Positions 41,697-55,381 of a DNA stretch of 64,000 nucleotides are shown here, piece after piece. The position numbers and the translations under genes were made by a program. Source of the stretch: Eledone cirrhosa (Eukaryota); assembly GCA_964016885.1 (NCBI GenBank), contig OZ024742.1, positions 224,998,001-225,062,000 of the forward strand, read 5' to 3'. The notes beneath the pieces were generated by a model. That model had not been told where the DNA came from and did not search any database. It was given only the letters and a program-made list of their open reading frames with translations. Each line of letters opens with the position of its first letter. Within the stretch, counting starts at the first letter, position 1.

Positions 41697-41860
41697 GAAT
41701 TATTTCCGTCGGAAAGGTACAGGAAAAAAAGAGTGCTCTATGTAGGCTACAGAGCTTATTAGTTATTTATGTTTTAATATAGAAGCGCTTCTACAGGACT
41801 AGAACTGTTTCATTCGTGAGAAATCATCAGGGAGCTGGCTGTCCAAGTAAGTAGTGGTAT
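41084..41860. mobile_element. PLE pLTR-type inverted/tandem cluster with three HHR copies
   Basis: 41090-41290 is the reverse complement of 41402-41603. The tail at 41292-41350 recurs at 41577-41640. A third, inverted piece lies at 41771-41860. Confidence 0.8.
41502..41550 (+). ncRNA. Type I hammerhead ribozyme motif (copies on - at about 41144-41190, 41787-41835 and 61679-61723)
   Basis: GCTCC-CTGATGA-T TTC tcac GAA T-GAAA-CAG ttctagtc CTG-TA-GAAGC. Confidence 0.75.
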
Positions 41861-42155
41861 TCTGAATATTTATCTATATATTTTTTCCCCTAATTCCTTT
41901 TTGCCCGTTTTTTCAGCCTCACTTTCATATTTCCTAAATTTTGTTTTCAAATCCATATTTAATAAAAACACCATGTTATTTATTCATTCAGACATAACAT
42001 CTGCCTTCAAGAAACCAGTGGTTTCTTGAAGGCAGATGTTATGTCTGAATGAATAAATAACATGGTGTTTTTATTAAATATGGATTTGAAAACAAAATTT
42101 AGGAAATATGAAATATTTTTTGTATAGCAAACCATGTCAACCTTCTTTCCTGATT
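41861..42155. mobile_element. pLTR fragment of the 48.7-52.4 kb PLE family; perfect palindrome 41923-42113
   Basis: 95-bp arms around G42018. Homologous to 48735-48935. Confidence 0.85.
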
Positions 42156-42443
42156 TATATATATATATATATATAAAATTATAAGTTTGAAGAATAGTCA
42201 GATAAAATATACCCAATTTTTCTTCTCCCTAGTCCGTAGAAATCAACTAGATAAATAATCATTTAAACGGAGCTAAGTTTAAAATGTAACTTCGAAGAAA
42301 TAACAGATAAATGATTAATAATTATCTGCTTAATTAATATTTTCATTGAGCCACATCGTGAAAGGTAGCCACACTCATATATGTATCTGTGACTATGTCT
42401 AAATATATACATATATATACATACATATATATATACATACATA

Positions 42444-42485
<42 letters not shown>

Positions 42486-42487
<2 letters not shown>

Positions 42488-42856
42488 AGTTATAACAATG
42501 AAATAAAAAATCAAGTCATTAGAAATATACTTCACATTGCTTTTGACAACAGCTGGTGATATGCATGTATGTAAATATTCTCTTTATCTGATATTTTATA
42601 ACTAACCTTACATAGATCGATATCGAAGTATAGTTACGATGTATTATCATCACCTAGAAACGATCGTAAAGCAGTGAAGTATATTTCTAATGACTTGATT
42701 TTTTTATTTCATTGTTATAACTTATGTCATGACTCTGTTTTCCTTTTAATGTTTTATTGTTTTCCGGGATTTATTTTAACCTACAACATTTTCAACATAT
42801 GGATTACATTGATTTCTTCATGCAGACTAGACCCCACAACTTACAGTGGATACCTC

Positions 42857-42860
<4 letters not shown>
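42486..42860 (+). mobile_element. pLTR-type module with a long-stem-II hammerhead motif (homolog at 54098-54440)
   Basis: TGCTT-TTGACAA(42543)..GGTGAT/ATCACC..GAAA(42657)-C GATC G-TA-AAGCA. Shares the tail TTCTTCAT.CAG..TAGACCC with the 54-kb copy and is flanked by (TA)n. Confidence 0.65.
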
Positions 42861-42889
<29 letters not shown>

Positions 42890-42913
42890 TGAGAGAGTGT
42901 GAAAGACCAAAGG

Positions 42914-43095
42914 TTATTATTGAAAGTCTCTGGATTTCGCAAAATACATATTTTTTATTGGAGAAAGTAAGACATTTTCCCACAAAAATTTGATTGCACT
43001 GTTTTGTTTCCACTTATGTATTTTTTGAAAATGTTATTTATTCATTATAAAAATTAAATGATGGCATTCTATATTGTTTTACCTAATCCGCCACT

Positions 43096-43149
<54 letters not shown>

Positions 43150-43990
43150 CCAATCATTGTACGTTTGAATCTCATATCACAGAGAGAAAGAGGGGGGGGG
43201 AATGAGGTGGAACAGAAATAAAACATCGATTACAGGTTAAAATGTAGTCTAGATAGATCAGAAACAAAGCGAGGATGTAGTTTATGGAGGAACACCCAAA
43301 TGGTTTAGAAGTCAACCTTAAGTAGGAGCAATAACATTAAGAAAGACATGAACGACACCACAATACTTTGTTTTGAAAAAGTTGAAAGTAGGTTTATAAG
43401 TATGAATTTTCGCAAGGCTTTTTGTAATTGTCTCTGTGGCCTAGCGATAACAACTACATACGGTGGAGATCCTGGCCTTGGGTTCAATCCTGATCAAGAG
43501 GTACATGTAACCTTTTTCAGTTTTTAATTTACAACCAATAGAAAAAAAACTGAAAAGGTTTACCGGGAACCTACTCCCGACCGGGATCAAACTTCGGACC
43601 AGGATCACCATTATCAATGATTCCTCCAACTAGGCCACTGAGACAGCTACAGCAGTATAATGAAAATTGATAATTATAAACCTACTTTCAAAATCAAAGT
43701 TAAAAAGATGTGGTGTCGTTCATGGCTTTCCTAGTGCTATTAGTAATATTTTGCGTCGACTTCTGGTCATTATTGAAAGTCTCTGGATTTCGCAAAATAC
43801 ATAATATTTTTTATTGGAGAAGGTAAGATATTTTTCTGCAAAAATTTGATTGCACTGTTTTGTTTCTACTTACCTATTTTCGAAAATGTTATTTAAACAT
43901 TATAAAAATTAAATGATAGCATTATATTTGTAGGTGGGCCCCCTTCATCTCCTGGCAACTAATATTTTTAGACCAAGTCCGCCACTGCAT
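42914..43990. repeat. Two diverged direct copies (about 180-220 bp) at 42914-43097 and 43769-43990, probably DNA-transposon end fragments
   Basis: TTATTGAAAGTCTCTGGATTTCGCAAAATAC..TTTGATTGCACTGTTTTG..TCCGCCACT occurs twice. Confidence 0.75.
43299..43771. mobile_element. Diverged tail-to-tail inverted repeat (about 230-bp arms), each arm containing a tRNA-like Pol III unit
   Basis: Left arm has GTCTCTGTGGCCTAG..GGTTCAATCC..CCTTTTTCAGTTTTT. The right arm is the diverged reverse complement, including about 130 bp upstream of the tRNA-like part. Confidence 0.7.
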
Positions 43991-44082
43991 ATATAGAATA
44001 AGCTCAAAGATTCCAATGAATAGATCCGAGCATTTTATATCAACTAGAAATTGATTGACATATATATATATATTTAAAATAA

Positions 44083-44144
<62 letters not shown>

Positions 44145-44690
44145 TTCTTCGGCCGCAAAGATTCCGCACGCTTTCTCCAATCGTGCTGGTCGAGATGACA
44201 TTTCTCAGTTCATCGATGTTATCAATATTGGCATCTCTCAGCAGAGTATCAATGAATAAGACGACCTGCCTTCCCACACTTCTTCGCCCGACTGCCGATT
44301 TCCAGATCACAACTTGAGATGCTGTCTCTTCTGGATGACGGATGCAGTGCCCAGCCAGTTTCATTCGTCGGCAGGCAACTCTTTTTGAGACTGGTGGTAT
44401 TGATCTGTATAGTTCTTTCTTTGTCAGTTTCTGTTTCCAAGAAATGTTGAGAGCCATTCTCAGCATCCTGGTGGAACATCCGTCAAGTCTCGTGCATAGC
44501 ACTTTGTCAATAGTCCACGTTTCACTGCCGTAAAGCAGGACGGATTCAACAGTTGCTAGGAAGAGGCGCTCCTTAATTTTGTGGTTTAGGTCGGACTTCC
44601 ACACCTTCAGTAGCTTGCGTTGTGGCATGCCGACCATGCTAGTGATTTTCTAACTTCGAAGTCCTTGCGTGAGCTGTGCATCCATGCACT
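44145..44690 (-). pseudogene. 5'-truncated RTE-group LINE, C-terminal region
   Basis: KERLFLATVESVLLYGSETWT..RMLRMALNISW..RRMKLAGHCIRH, ending in GAAGAAGAA next to (TA)n. Confidence 0.9.
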
Positions 44691-44717
44691 AAGACAGTTA
44701 TATATATACATATATAT

Positions 44718-44955
44718 AGTGGTAGAACACTGGAAGGTAATATCCGTAGGGGTAGAGCACTCAGTCCATGGGACGAGTTAGGTAGAAGTGGTTACACAAC
44801 AGTTAGTTCATCATACCGAGAACAATTGTTTCACCTTAGCGGATCCTCAGCTCGTAATGGACATGGTTCCGTATAACCATGTCCATTACGAGCTGAGGAT
44901 CCGCTAAGGTGAAACAATTGTTCTCGGTATGGTGAACTAACTGTTGTGTAACCAC

Positions 44956-44960
<5 letters not shown>
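44718..44960. mobile_element. PLE pLTR-type fold-back module in (TA)n; palindrome 44783-44960
   Basis: 86-bp arms, 6-nt loop CCGTAT, one mismatch. Confidence 0.85.
44889..44926 (+). ncRNA. Minimal type I hammerhead ribozyme motif (mirror copy on - at 44817-44854)
   Basis: CGAG-CTGAGGA-T CC gctaa GG T-GAAA-C AATT G-TT-CTCG. Confidence 0.85.
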
Positions 44961-45014
<54 letters not shown>

Positions 45015-45356
45015 AATGAGTGTGTGTGCGTGCGCTTTAAAATTGGTTTTCACATCGGTTATTTGGCAAAGTCGTAGAGAGTTTGGATCAAATGTCTCGG
45101 TATTTGTCCCGGTTCTCTACGAACACATGTCAACTTTGCCCTTCATTCACTCCTTCGAAATCGGTAAATAAAGTACCAGTTTAGAGGTGGGGTTAGAATA
45201 AATAGTTGGACGGGATATCAGGTGGTATCTGATTCGCCTCCGTGTGTATGAATTCAAATTCCGCCTATTTTTGTCAGGAGAATGAAAAGACTGTTTCCTC
45301 GGTCCGATCTGGTGACTGGCCTCTTTCTTTTCCTTATTTTTATTAATTTAGACATA

Positions 45357-45715
45357 AGGATCGATCGACTTTCGTCAAATCGGACCGAGGAAACAATGTT
45401 TCCGTCGGTCTTTCCAGTTGCTAGTACTATATATCGGTCGCAACTCCAGGTAGAAGGAACAACGTGAAATAAAGTCCACACGCCTTCACAAGTGAAGGCG
45501 TGTGGCTGAGTGGTTAGAGAATTGGATTCTCAATCGTGAGGTTGTGAGTTCGATTCGTGGACCAGGCGATGCGTTATGTCCTTGAGCAAGACACTTTATT
45601 TCACGTTGTTCCTTCTACCTGGAGTTGCGACCGATAGATAGTATTAGCAACTGGAAAGACCGACGGAAACATTGTTTCCTCGGTCCGATTTGACGAAAGT
45701 CGATCGATCCTTTCC
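45357..45715. mobile_element. SINE B variant with an alternative structured tail; inverted pair
   Basis: A + copy at 45492-45715 (tRNA head, CORE-like domain, tail) and an inverted tail at 45357-45475. Another copy lies on - at 62474-62690. Confidence 0.8.
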
Positions 45716-45734
45716 TTTAGACTTAAGACCAACA

Positions 45735-46560
45735 ATAATTGTTCCTACTTTTAGCACAAAGCCAGCAATTACCCCAGTGCATTACTGGTGCTTTATTTTT
45801 TCGACCCCGTAAGGATGAAGGGCAGAGTTAACCTCGGTGGGATTTGAACTCAACACGTAAAGGGCCGTAACTCTATGCTGCAAAGCATGGCGTCCGACCC
45901 TTCACTGATACTACCAATCCACCGCCCATGAGACCAATCATAATGGTTTCTTATATAGGCACAAGGCCAGAAATTTGGGGGGAGGGAGAAGTCGATTAAA
46001 TCGACTCAGTGCGTCACTAGTACTTTATTTTATCGACCCCGTAAGGATGAAAGGCAAAGTTAACCTCGGCGGGATTTGAACTCTAACCATAAATGGCCAT
46101 AACTCTATGCTGCAAAGGATGGCGTCCGACCCTCTTCCGCCCATAGGACCAACAATGATGGTGGGAGGGAAAGGTCAATTATGTTGACCTTGGTACATGG
46201 ATGGTACTTTATGTTATTAATCATGGAAGGATGAAAGACAACGTTTAACTCAGCGGCATTTAAACTCCATAAATAGCCGGAACAAATACCACAAAACTAT
46301 TTCGTTTGACGCTCTACCGATTGACGCTCTACCGTTTGACGCTCTACCGATTCAGTCAATTCAGCACCATTATAAAAAAGCCAGCAATTTAGAGCAGGAG
46401 GCAAGTTGATTAAATCAACTTCAGTACTTGACTGGTACTTTATTTCATCACCCTCAGCCCACCCCCTCCATACACACACACACACACACCTCCCCCACCG
46501 GAGATGATCAAATGTGAAATTAACTTTGGCGGATTTGAACTCGGGATTAGAGTAAAGAAC
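45735..46560 (-). mobile_element. Cluster of four same-orientation SINE family A copies of differing age
   Basis: GGTACTTTA..GATGAAAG..TTTGAACTC-like motifs recur at about 45735, 45945, 46160 and 46380. Confidence 0.75.
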
Positions 46561-46827
46561 CAGAAGAGCGCCAGACATTGCCATTAACTATAATGATACA
46601 GCAGATCATAACAAACCACGGTGCAAATGAACCGATGTGAGTACATCTATGCAGTCACTTACTTGCTAGAAATAGCAGCTAAAACTTTCTCAAATCACAC
46701 TGTCCCGTCTTACAAAATCAGGACACATTGGATGTTGAATCCTCCATCATTTTCGCTGATGAGCATTTAGTTCGGGCTTCTAGATAGTTTCAGTCTACCC
46801 AATTTTATCCACAAGAGTTGGGATAAA

Positions 46828-47915
<1,088 letters not shown>

Positions 47916-48423
47916 TAATGAATTTATTTTGTTTCTGAAAGAAACATTTCTTTGTGCCACCATCAATACATCCTGAATAAAGTCAAATTGGTTCTATTTC
48001 GTTCTGTCACCAGCTGTTCCAAGCTAGCTTTACTGGGATTCTAATATGACAGTTCGGATAATCGAAGGATTGAGAACGGTTGCGCAGTGGCGATTAGATG
48101 TTGGCATACGTAATGCCTTTCACTATATATATATATATATACATTTGTCTCCCTTTACTTTGGAAACTGGGCTTCTTTTGCCAATAAGTTAAACCAAGTC
48201 ATTGATGAGTGATTACTATAAACATTAACGATTCATTTCGTCTAGGGGTGCGTAATTGTGATTATTAGATGACTTGATGACGTATCTCTAGTTTAAATAT
48301 TATTTATAAAGTTTGCAATTCATGATGTATCATCTTTGCTCTATGAATTATGTGACACACACTCTGTGCGACTGTCAGTCAATCATTCTTACACACTCCT
48401 ATAATTAAATATAACGTTTATTC

Positions 48424-48481
<58 letters not shown>

Positions 48482-48563
48482 GGTAAACAGAAATAACAAA
48501 AATAACAAAACAAATGACACAGTACATGAAAGGAATATATTAGTTTAATGCTTAAACTATCAG

Positions 48564-48700
<137 letters not shown>

Positions 48701-48726
48701 TGTAATAAACAACATAAGATAATTAT

Positions 48727-48784
48727 TTCATTTACCAGTGGTTTCTTGAAAGCAGATGTATCTGTTTTCAATCGTCACAATGAA
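48727..48784 (-). ncRNA. Hammerhead motif of the PLE pLTR (C3G in this copy)
   Basis: TTCATT-GTGACGA-TTGAAAaCAGAT ac ATCTGcTTTCAA-GAAA-CC act GG-TA-AATGAA. Confidence 0.7.
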
Positions 48785-49832
48785 TAAAAAAATTAAAAAA
48801 ACATGGTGTTTTTATTAAATATGGATTTGAAAACAAAATTTAAGAATTATGAAAGTGAGGGTGAGGAAAAAAACGGGTGAAGAAGAAGAGGGGAAAAGAA
48901 TATAAAAATATATATATAAACAATAAATATCCAGAACATAAACATACACACACTCAACCACGCGCATATACTTAAAAAGTACGTAGACGTATACTTTTTC
49001 ACATAAGCGTATATGCGTCTACAGACAGGGACATAAATACATACACATACATATACATGAAGTAATAAGAATAAATAAATAAATGAATAAGAACAAAATA
49101 TACAAAGTCAAAAACAAAATAAAGACAAAAGGATACGTGTTGACAACGATAAGTATGAGTGTGTGTGTGGTGAGGGGGGGGGGGGATAAAAACAACCTAA
49201 AGATAAACAAATACACTAGATATGCATATACATAAATATAAATATATATATATATATATATACACATACATACATACACACGCATACACATAAACAGGCA
49301 TAAATACTCATACACACGTATAAAACATATACACATATGTATATATATGTACACACAAAAATATAAAATAAACATACGTTCACATCCACATACACATGCG
49401 TACAAAAATACATATACACATTTACATACACAGGCATACACACGTATATATAAACATGCATACAACCAAATATACACGCATAACCACATACATACACAGA
49501 AAACCTTACAATAAAGAGCATTGGTTCATAACCTATGTACATACGTATACAAATGCGCGCGCGCAACGCGCGTAATAAGAAATCAACACGCGCATGCAAA
49601 AAAAAACATACGTAAATCCATACACACAAAAAAACCCATATATACAAAAGCATTTATACAACCGCATACACAGAAATATAAACGTAAACACATACATATA
49701 ACCATATATAAATATAAATAAACATAAATAAACACACAATATATGCACAAACACATACAAACACATATATATACACATATACATATACATATATATACAT
49801 ATATATATACACATACATATATACATACACAT

Positions 49833-49889
<57 letters not shown>

Positions 49890-50380
49890 CACACATATAC
49901 ACACACATACACACACACATACAAATAAATAATCAAAATACTATAAATGTATGTACACATAAGCCTGTCTGCCTATGCGCCCGCACACAACCCTATGTGA
50001 GTACATTAAAAAACATAGTGGGTAAGTAAGGACAAAAGGGGAATAAATTTGAAATAATAATAAACACAATTATTAAGAACAGGTAAGGGAAAAAAGTGTT
50101 GTAAAAGGTTTGTGATGAGATCTAGATAAGAGTATCTAGTTAAAAAGTGAACTGAGTATATGATAAAGGTGGTAGGTGTGTATGTGTTAAAGGTAAGGTA
50201 GGAAGTAGGGGGGATTATAAGTCAACTGAAAAACTTTGATAAATATAAAAGGTAAAAGATAAAAATAAAGAGATATATAGAAGGAGATGAGGGAGAAAAA
50301 GTATATATGGGTAGGAAGTATGAGTTCATAAGGTAATAATATTTGTGGTGAGTGGAAGGCGTGATGAGTAAAGCAGCAGC

Positions 50381-52440
50381 TCAAGGTGGTTGAGTAATCG
50401 TAGGAATGTTAATCCAGTTAAAACGTAGATGCGATTTCAAATGCGGACATCTGAAAATCTCGGTCTTAGAGTTGAGGCAAGTGGAAGGGGCTTTCAAGTT
50501 GTGGAGAATTTTAAATTGTTCCGTGTTGTACAAAGAACATTTCTTTGTGCCCCTTTGATATTCTCTTGAATGGTCTAAGATAGACCAATCAATAGTGTAC
50601 GGAATGTTTTTGTCTTTGAACTCCCACACTTTATTTGCAAGCGCCGTTGCTGTTCTTTTTTCAGGGTGTTTGAAAGAAGCGACATGTGCATAAAACCTGG
50701 TTTTGAATCTGTCCTGAGTCATGCCAACATATCGTTCACTCCTGGCTGGCTGGTTATTAATCATCGGTGTCAATTTAGCCTCATACATAATAGATTTGGT
50801 ATTACATTTACCCTGTAATGGGCATTCTTCCAGCTTCCTGCAACTGCATCCTGGATTTACTCTCGTACGATTAGAGTTGGTAATTTTAGTCTTCATTGAT
50901 GGGCAGCAAGAGTAACTGATTTTGACTACATTTCTATTAAATATCTTATTATATCTATGATTAGGGGGAATATGTTTGTCTAAGAGGTCGAGGAATTTTC
51001 TTCCTACATTAGTTTTAACAGTTAGAGAGAAGGGGGGGGGGTGTAAACCAAATAATTTTTCTTTTCTTGTTATTGTGTTTAGTGTTAGAGGGAGGAGTAG
51101 GTAAATATTTAATATGTTCGGTGAAGCCGCTGTTATTGACGGCCTTATTATAATAAGGGACGGCTTTGTTAAAAATGTCTAAAGACAAAGATAAGGTAAA
51201 AATCCTACGGCTAATGTTAGGAATAAGATTTTTAAAGACTATAGGGGGATGGCAAGACTCTTTGTGTATATATCTTAAATTTTCGTTAGGTTTATGATAA
51301 GGTTTAAAAGAGGCAGTAAGTAGATCAAGATTAATATCAAGAAAGTTAGTATTAGTAAGATTCGTATCTATAGTAATTTTAAGGTTTAGGTTAGCAAAGG
51401 TATTGATTAAATCTTTACGGAATTTATCAAGGTTATGGCCGTTGGTGGTATGAGAAACCGCCAAACCGTCGTCTCGGTATAAACCGATATTATGGCAAGG
51501 ACATTTCTCTTTAAGGGTGTGGAGAAGGAATAACCCTACTAAGTCCCACACGTCAGCACTATCATATGAGCCCATCGCAACATCAAAAGAGTTTTCAGAG
51601 CTTGACTTTTTAGCCCAAATACTTTCATTAGCAGAGAGTAGTGTTTTCCTAGCATGAAAGATAATGTCTTCTTCTAATTTAGAAATATTAATGAAAGGTC
51701 TTGCAAAATCTAAGGCTTTTGTTAATAAGGATTCAGTGATAGAGGGGTAAAAATCAACAATATCAAATTGGGTAAATCTACACTTATTTTTTCCTTGTAT
51801 ATTATTAAACCAAGAAATAACAGAGGATGTATTTAACCATTATGATAAGTCAGTAATAGTTCTTATTTGAAGTATTATTTTTTAAAGATATTTTTACTCG
51901 CAAGGCCAACTTCAGATTTAGCAGATTTAGTTTATAGCTAGGTCGATTAGTGAAGTCTGATTTATGGTCTTTAAGGTTAATATATTCTTTACGTTTAGGT
52001 AGGCTTTCAATCCGGTTATCTATTTTTTAAATACTAGCTAGGTCTTTAGCTTCATTATTAATGGTATTGTAGGTGTTAATGTTAGCTAATTGATATCTGG
52101 CGGTAATGCTATCAGTTAAAAGTTGGTTATACAAAATATTATTTACTTCAAAAAGATTTTTAGTTTTATCAGAAAAAACGAAAGTATTTGTAGAATGTTT
52201 AAAATTAGAAATATCGTTAGAGTGTTTAGATTGAAAGTTATTGTTGTACTTACGGTATTTAATTTCACAAATTAAGTTAACTAGGTCTATTTCGAAGTTG
52301 GCCATGTCTTTAACTCTAGGTGGGTATTTGCGGGATTTAATGTCAAAATAATCATTGGAATCAGCACAGAATTGTCCATCGTAAATCATTGCCTTCCATC
52401 TCATTCTTTTAATGACTTGTTCAATTTTATCGATCTCTCT
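50381..52440 (-). pseudogene. PLE ORF: reverse transcriptase plus GIY-YIG endonuclease, frameshifted
   Basis: RT motifs IKRMRWKA, FSDKT, FDIVDFYPSI, MGSYDSA, GLYRDDGL, FLDI..YHKP..YIHKESCHPP. Linker CSCRKLEECPLQGKC. EN motifs IMYEAK..YVGMT..FKTRF..H. Confidence 0.92.
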
Positions 52441-52450
52441 ATATATATAT

Positions 52451-52519
<69 letters not shown>

Positions 52520-52566
52520 CATACACACACATACATATATATGGATGTGTTTGTGTCTGTGTGTGT

Positions 52567-52632
52567 GTCAGGTCGCTCTTGAACGCTACTGGTAACATGT
52601 AGCTCAGTACAGCCTGTCATGTGGTCGGGTCT
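52567..52632 (+). mobile_element. 5' fragment of RTE-derived family C
   Basis: GTCAGGTCGCTCTTGAACGCTACTGGTAAC..CAGTACAGCCTGTC..GGTCGGGTC. Confidence 0.7.
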
Positions 52633-52847
52633 TCTGGAGCCTGGATTCATTGCGAAGATTCTTATTTTGCTGTGATTGGTGATGTCTACAACGTCATTTA
52701 CACACGACGGACTTCCATGCAGATTACATCTATCGAATTTCACATTCACAAGGCATTTCTCAATTCAGATCTCCCCCTCAGATGGGGAGATCTCCCCGTT
52801 TTTTGTGAAAATGGGTATAGCTTTCATTATTTAAATCTTTCATTATT

Positions 52848-53165
52848 CAAATCCCGCCGAGGTTAACTTTGCCTTTCATCCTTACGGGGTCGATAAAATA
52901 AAGTACCAGTAATGTACTGGGTTATTGCTGGCCTTGTGCCTAAAGTAGAAACAATTATTTAAATTAAATTAAAGGGCGGTGAATTGGCAGTATCGGTAGA
53001 GGGTCGGACGCCATGCTTTCCAGCATAGTTACGTCCCTTTACGATCTGAGTTCAAATCCCGCCGAGGTTGACTTTGCCTTTCATCCTTACGGGGTCGATA
53101 AAATAAAGTACCAATAATGCACTGGATAATTGCTGGCCTTGTGCCTAAAGTAGAAACAATTATTT
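52848..53165 (+). mobile_element. Tandem SINE family A copies (3' half followed by a full-length copy)
   Basis: Close match to 39851-40042. Confidence 0.9.
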
Positions 53166-53411
53166 AAATTCTCACCATTTTGGGGCACTTGTTTTCATGG
53201 TACACCCCCGTTTGTGTTTTTAGAGGTTGGAAGGTCTGCTCACTTCAAGGGCGCTATAGTCGCACAGGTTCAAATGCAGTGGGACTGAATCCTAAATCAT
53301 GAGGTAGTGAACTGCACTCATTAACTAAGAATCCATGCTGCACCTACATATATAGAGAGAAGAGATAAATATATATATATTATATATATATTTATTAAAA
53401 TAACAGATTAA

Positions 53412-53462
53412 AGTTTAAGCAAAGAATCGCTGCTTTCACCCTTAACGGGATCTTCTGAAACT
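53412..53462 (-). ncRNA. Hammerhead-like motif with CAGAAGA core
   Basis: Reverse complement of 57203-57253. Confidence 0.6.
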
Positions 53463-53510
53463 AACAAAGTCAATCTGTAAACGCAGAAGTGGATATTTAA
53501 AAAAACGTTG

Positions 53511-53550
<40 letters not shown>

Positions 53551-53687
53551 AATAGATACCTATATACATGTTTATATATGTATATATAGCCCCTCATATA
53601 TATGGTCTTACGTAGGTTTATATATATATATGAACGTAATACTATTGACTCCTGTGTTTTTTTTGTTTTTTTTTGTTTATTCTTTTC

Positions 53688-53757
<70 letters not shown>

Positions 53758-54065
53758 GAGATTTGTAGCTTGCTTTAATAGGAAACACAAATTTAAATTT
53801 TGAAAACCAACACAATGAAGATTGTTAAAATTGCCAAGATATCTTACCTTAGCAAATTTGCCAAGAATCTTACCTTAGCAAATTTAACGATTCCAAATAT
53901 TTTCGAGTTTAAAAACCCATTATCAAGGGAGTGACTATATAAGAAACTTACAAATCGATCGGATAGATTTGTTTGTATGGGAGCAGATTTAAGTGAAAAA
54001 AGAAAAAAGTTTGGATCTAGCTGTCGAAACGGCCGGAGCTCAGCTATCGGGGTCTTGACTCTTTT

Positions 54066-54098
<33 letters not shown>

Positions 54099-54104
54099 CA
54101 AAAT

Positions 54105-54245
54105 TCATTATTTCTGAAGACGGCGGGTAGTGAAGACGTATGTATTTTTTTCTTACTATGATATTTTGTAATGTGTTTTACATAGATCAATAATTGAATG
54201 AACATTGCAGGGAACTACCCCCAAGAAACGATCGTAAAATAATGA
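54105..54245 (+). ncRNA. Hammerhead motif with a stem II domain of about 100 nt
   Basis: TCATTATTT-CTGAAGA-..GGGTAGT..ACTACCC..-GAAA-C GATC G-TA-AAATAATGA, with a perfect 9-bp stem I. Confidence 0.7.
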
Positions 54246-54434
54246 GTTTTACTATGAATTAACAGTTTTGTATTTAATTTCATTGTTTTAATATTTCTAT
54301 TTTGACTCTGTATCTAATTGAATTATATCGTTGAAAATTTTTGTATTTTAAACTTTGCTTCACGATATCTTCTACATACGGATTACATTGAGTTCTTCAT
54401 ACAGTTTAGACCCTACCATTGATTGGTAGATTTA

Positions 54435-54522
<88 letters not shown>

Positions 54523-54664
54523 ATATATTTACAACTTGTGACAAAGCTAAAAATAGTCTCCGTGAACGAAAAATGGGTTGGTATCTATGGTAACTTCTTG
54601 ATATCAGGTGATCATATTCCAGATGTCGTTAATATCTATATTACATACATACTCACCCAACCCC

Positions 54665-54698
<34 letters not shown>

Positions 54699-55381
54699 GT
54701 ATATATATATGCGTATGTGTGTGTGTACATATATGTGTGTGTGCGTGTCTGTGTGCTTATGTGTGTATTTATATGGTCCTTTGATAGATGAAGCATTCGT
54801 GAAACTTAAAATATCGACAGAAGGCATCATCCAAATTAATATATATATATATACATATGTGTGTATGTGGGGGGGGGGGGTCTGTGTTCGTATCCATACA
54901 TGCATACGAACATATATATATATATATTATATATATATAGAGAGGGAGAGGGGGGGATGGGGGGGGGGGGGGAGATAGCATATAAAATAATTTTTTATCA
55001 CAGTCTTGAGGAATGACAATCCGTATGTAACATTAAATTCACCTTTATGACCTTTAGTCACGGTAGTCTGGCTCTATTAGAGCGACTCCCAAGTTTTAGT
55101 ACCGGCCACTAGAGAGATGCTTGCACAGATATATAAGCATTCATTGCTAGTTTTATATCGACTATTAATTGGAGGTCTCCTTAACAAAGAATAGCTAAAG
55201 TAAATATCGCCACCATCACCACCGTCAACATTACAATCACATCTTATCATATTCCTTGGCACCAAAACCACTACTGTCTATTTTACGATCACATCTCATC
55301 ATACCCCTTGGCACCATCATACCCACCAACATCAACGCTATCAACTCTTGTAACACCTATCTTAACTGACTAACGACACAA

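Noticed and set aside
46750-46790. CTGATGAG as a hammerhead core
   Set aside because: No GAAA or stem III follows.
48205-48290. Degenerate minus-strand HHR-like arrangement
   Set aside because: Several core mismatches and no convincing stems.
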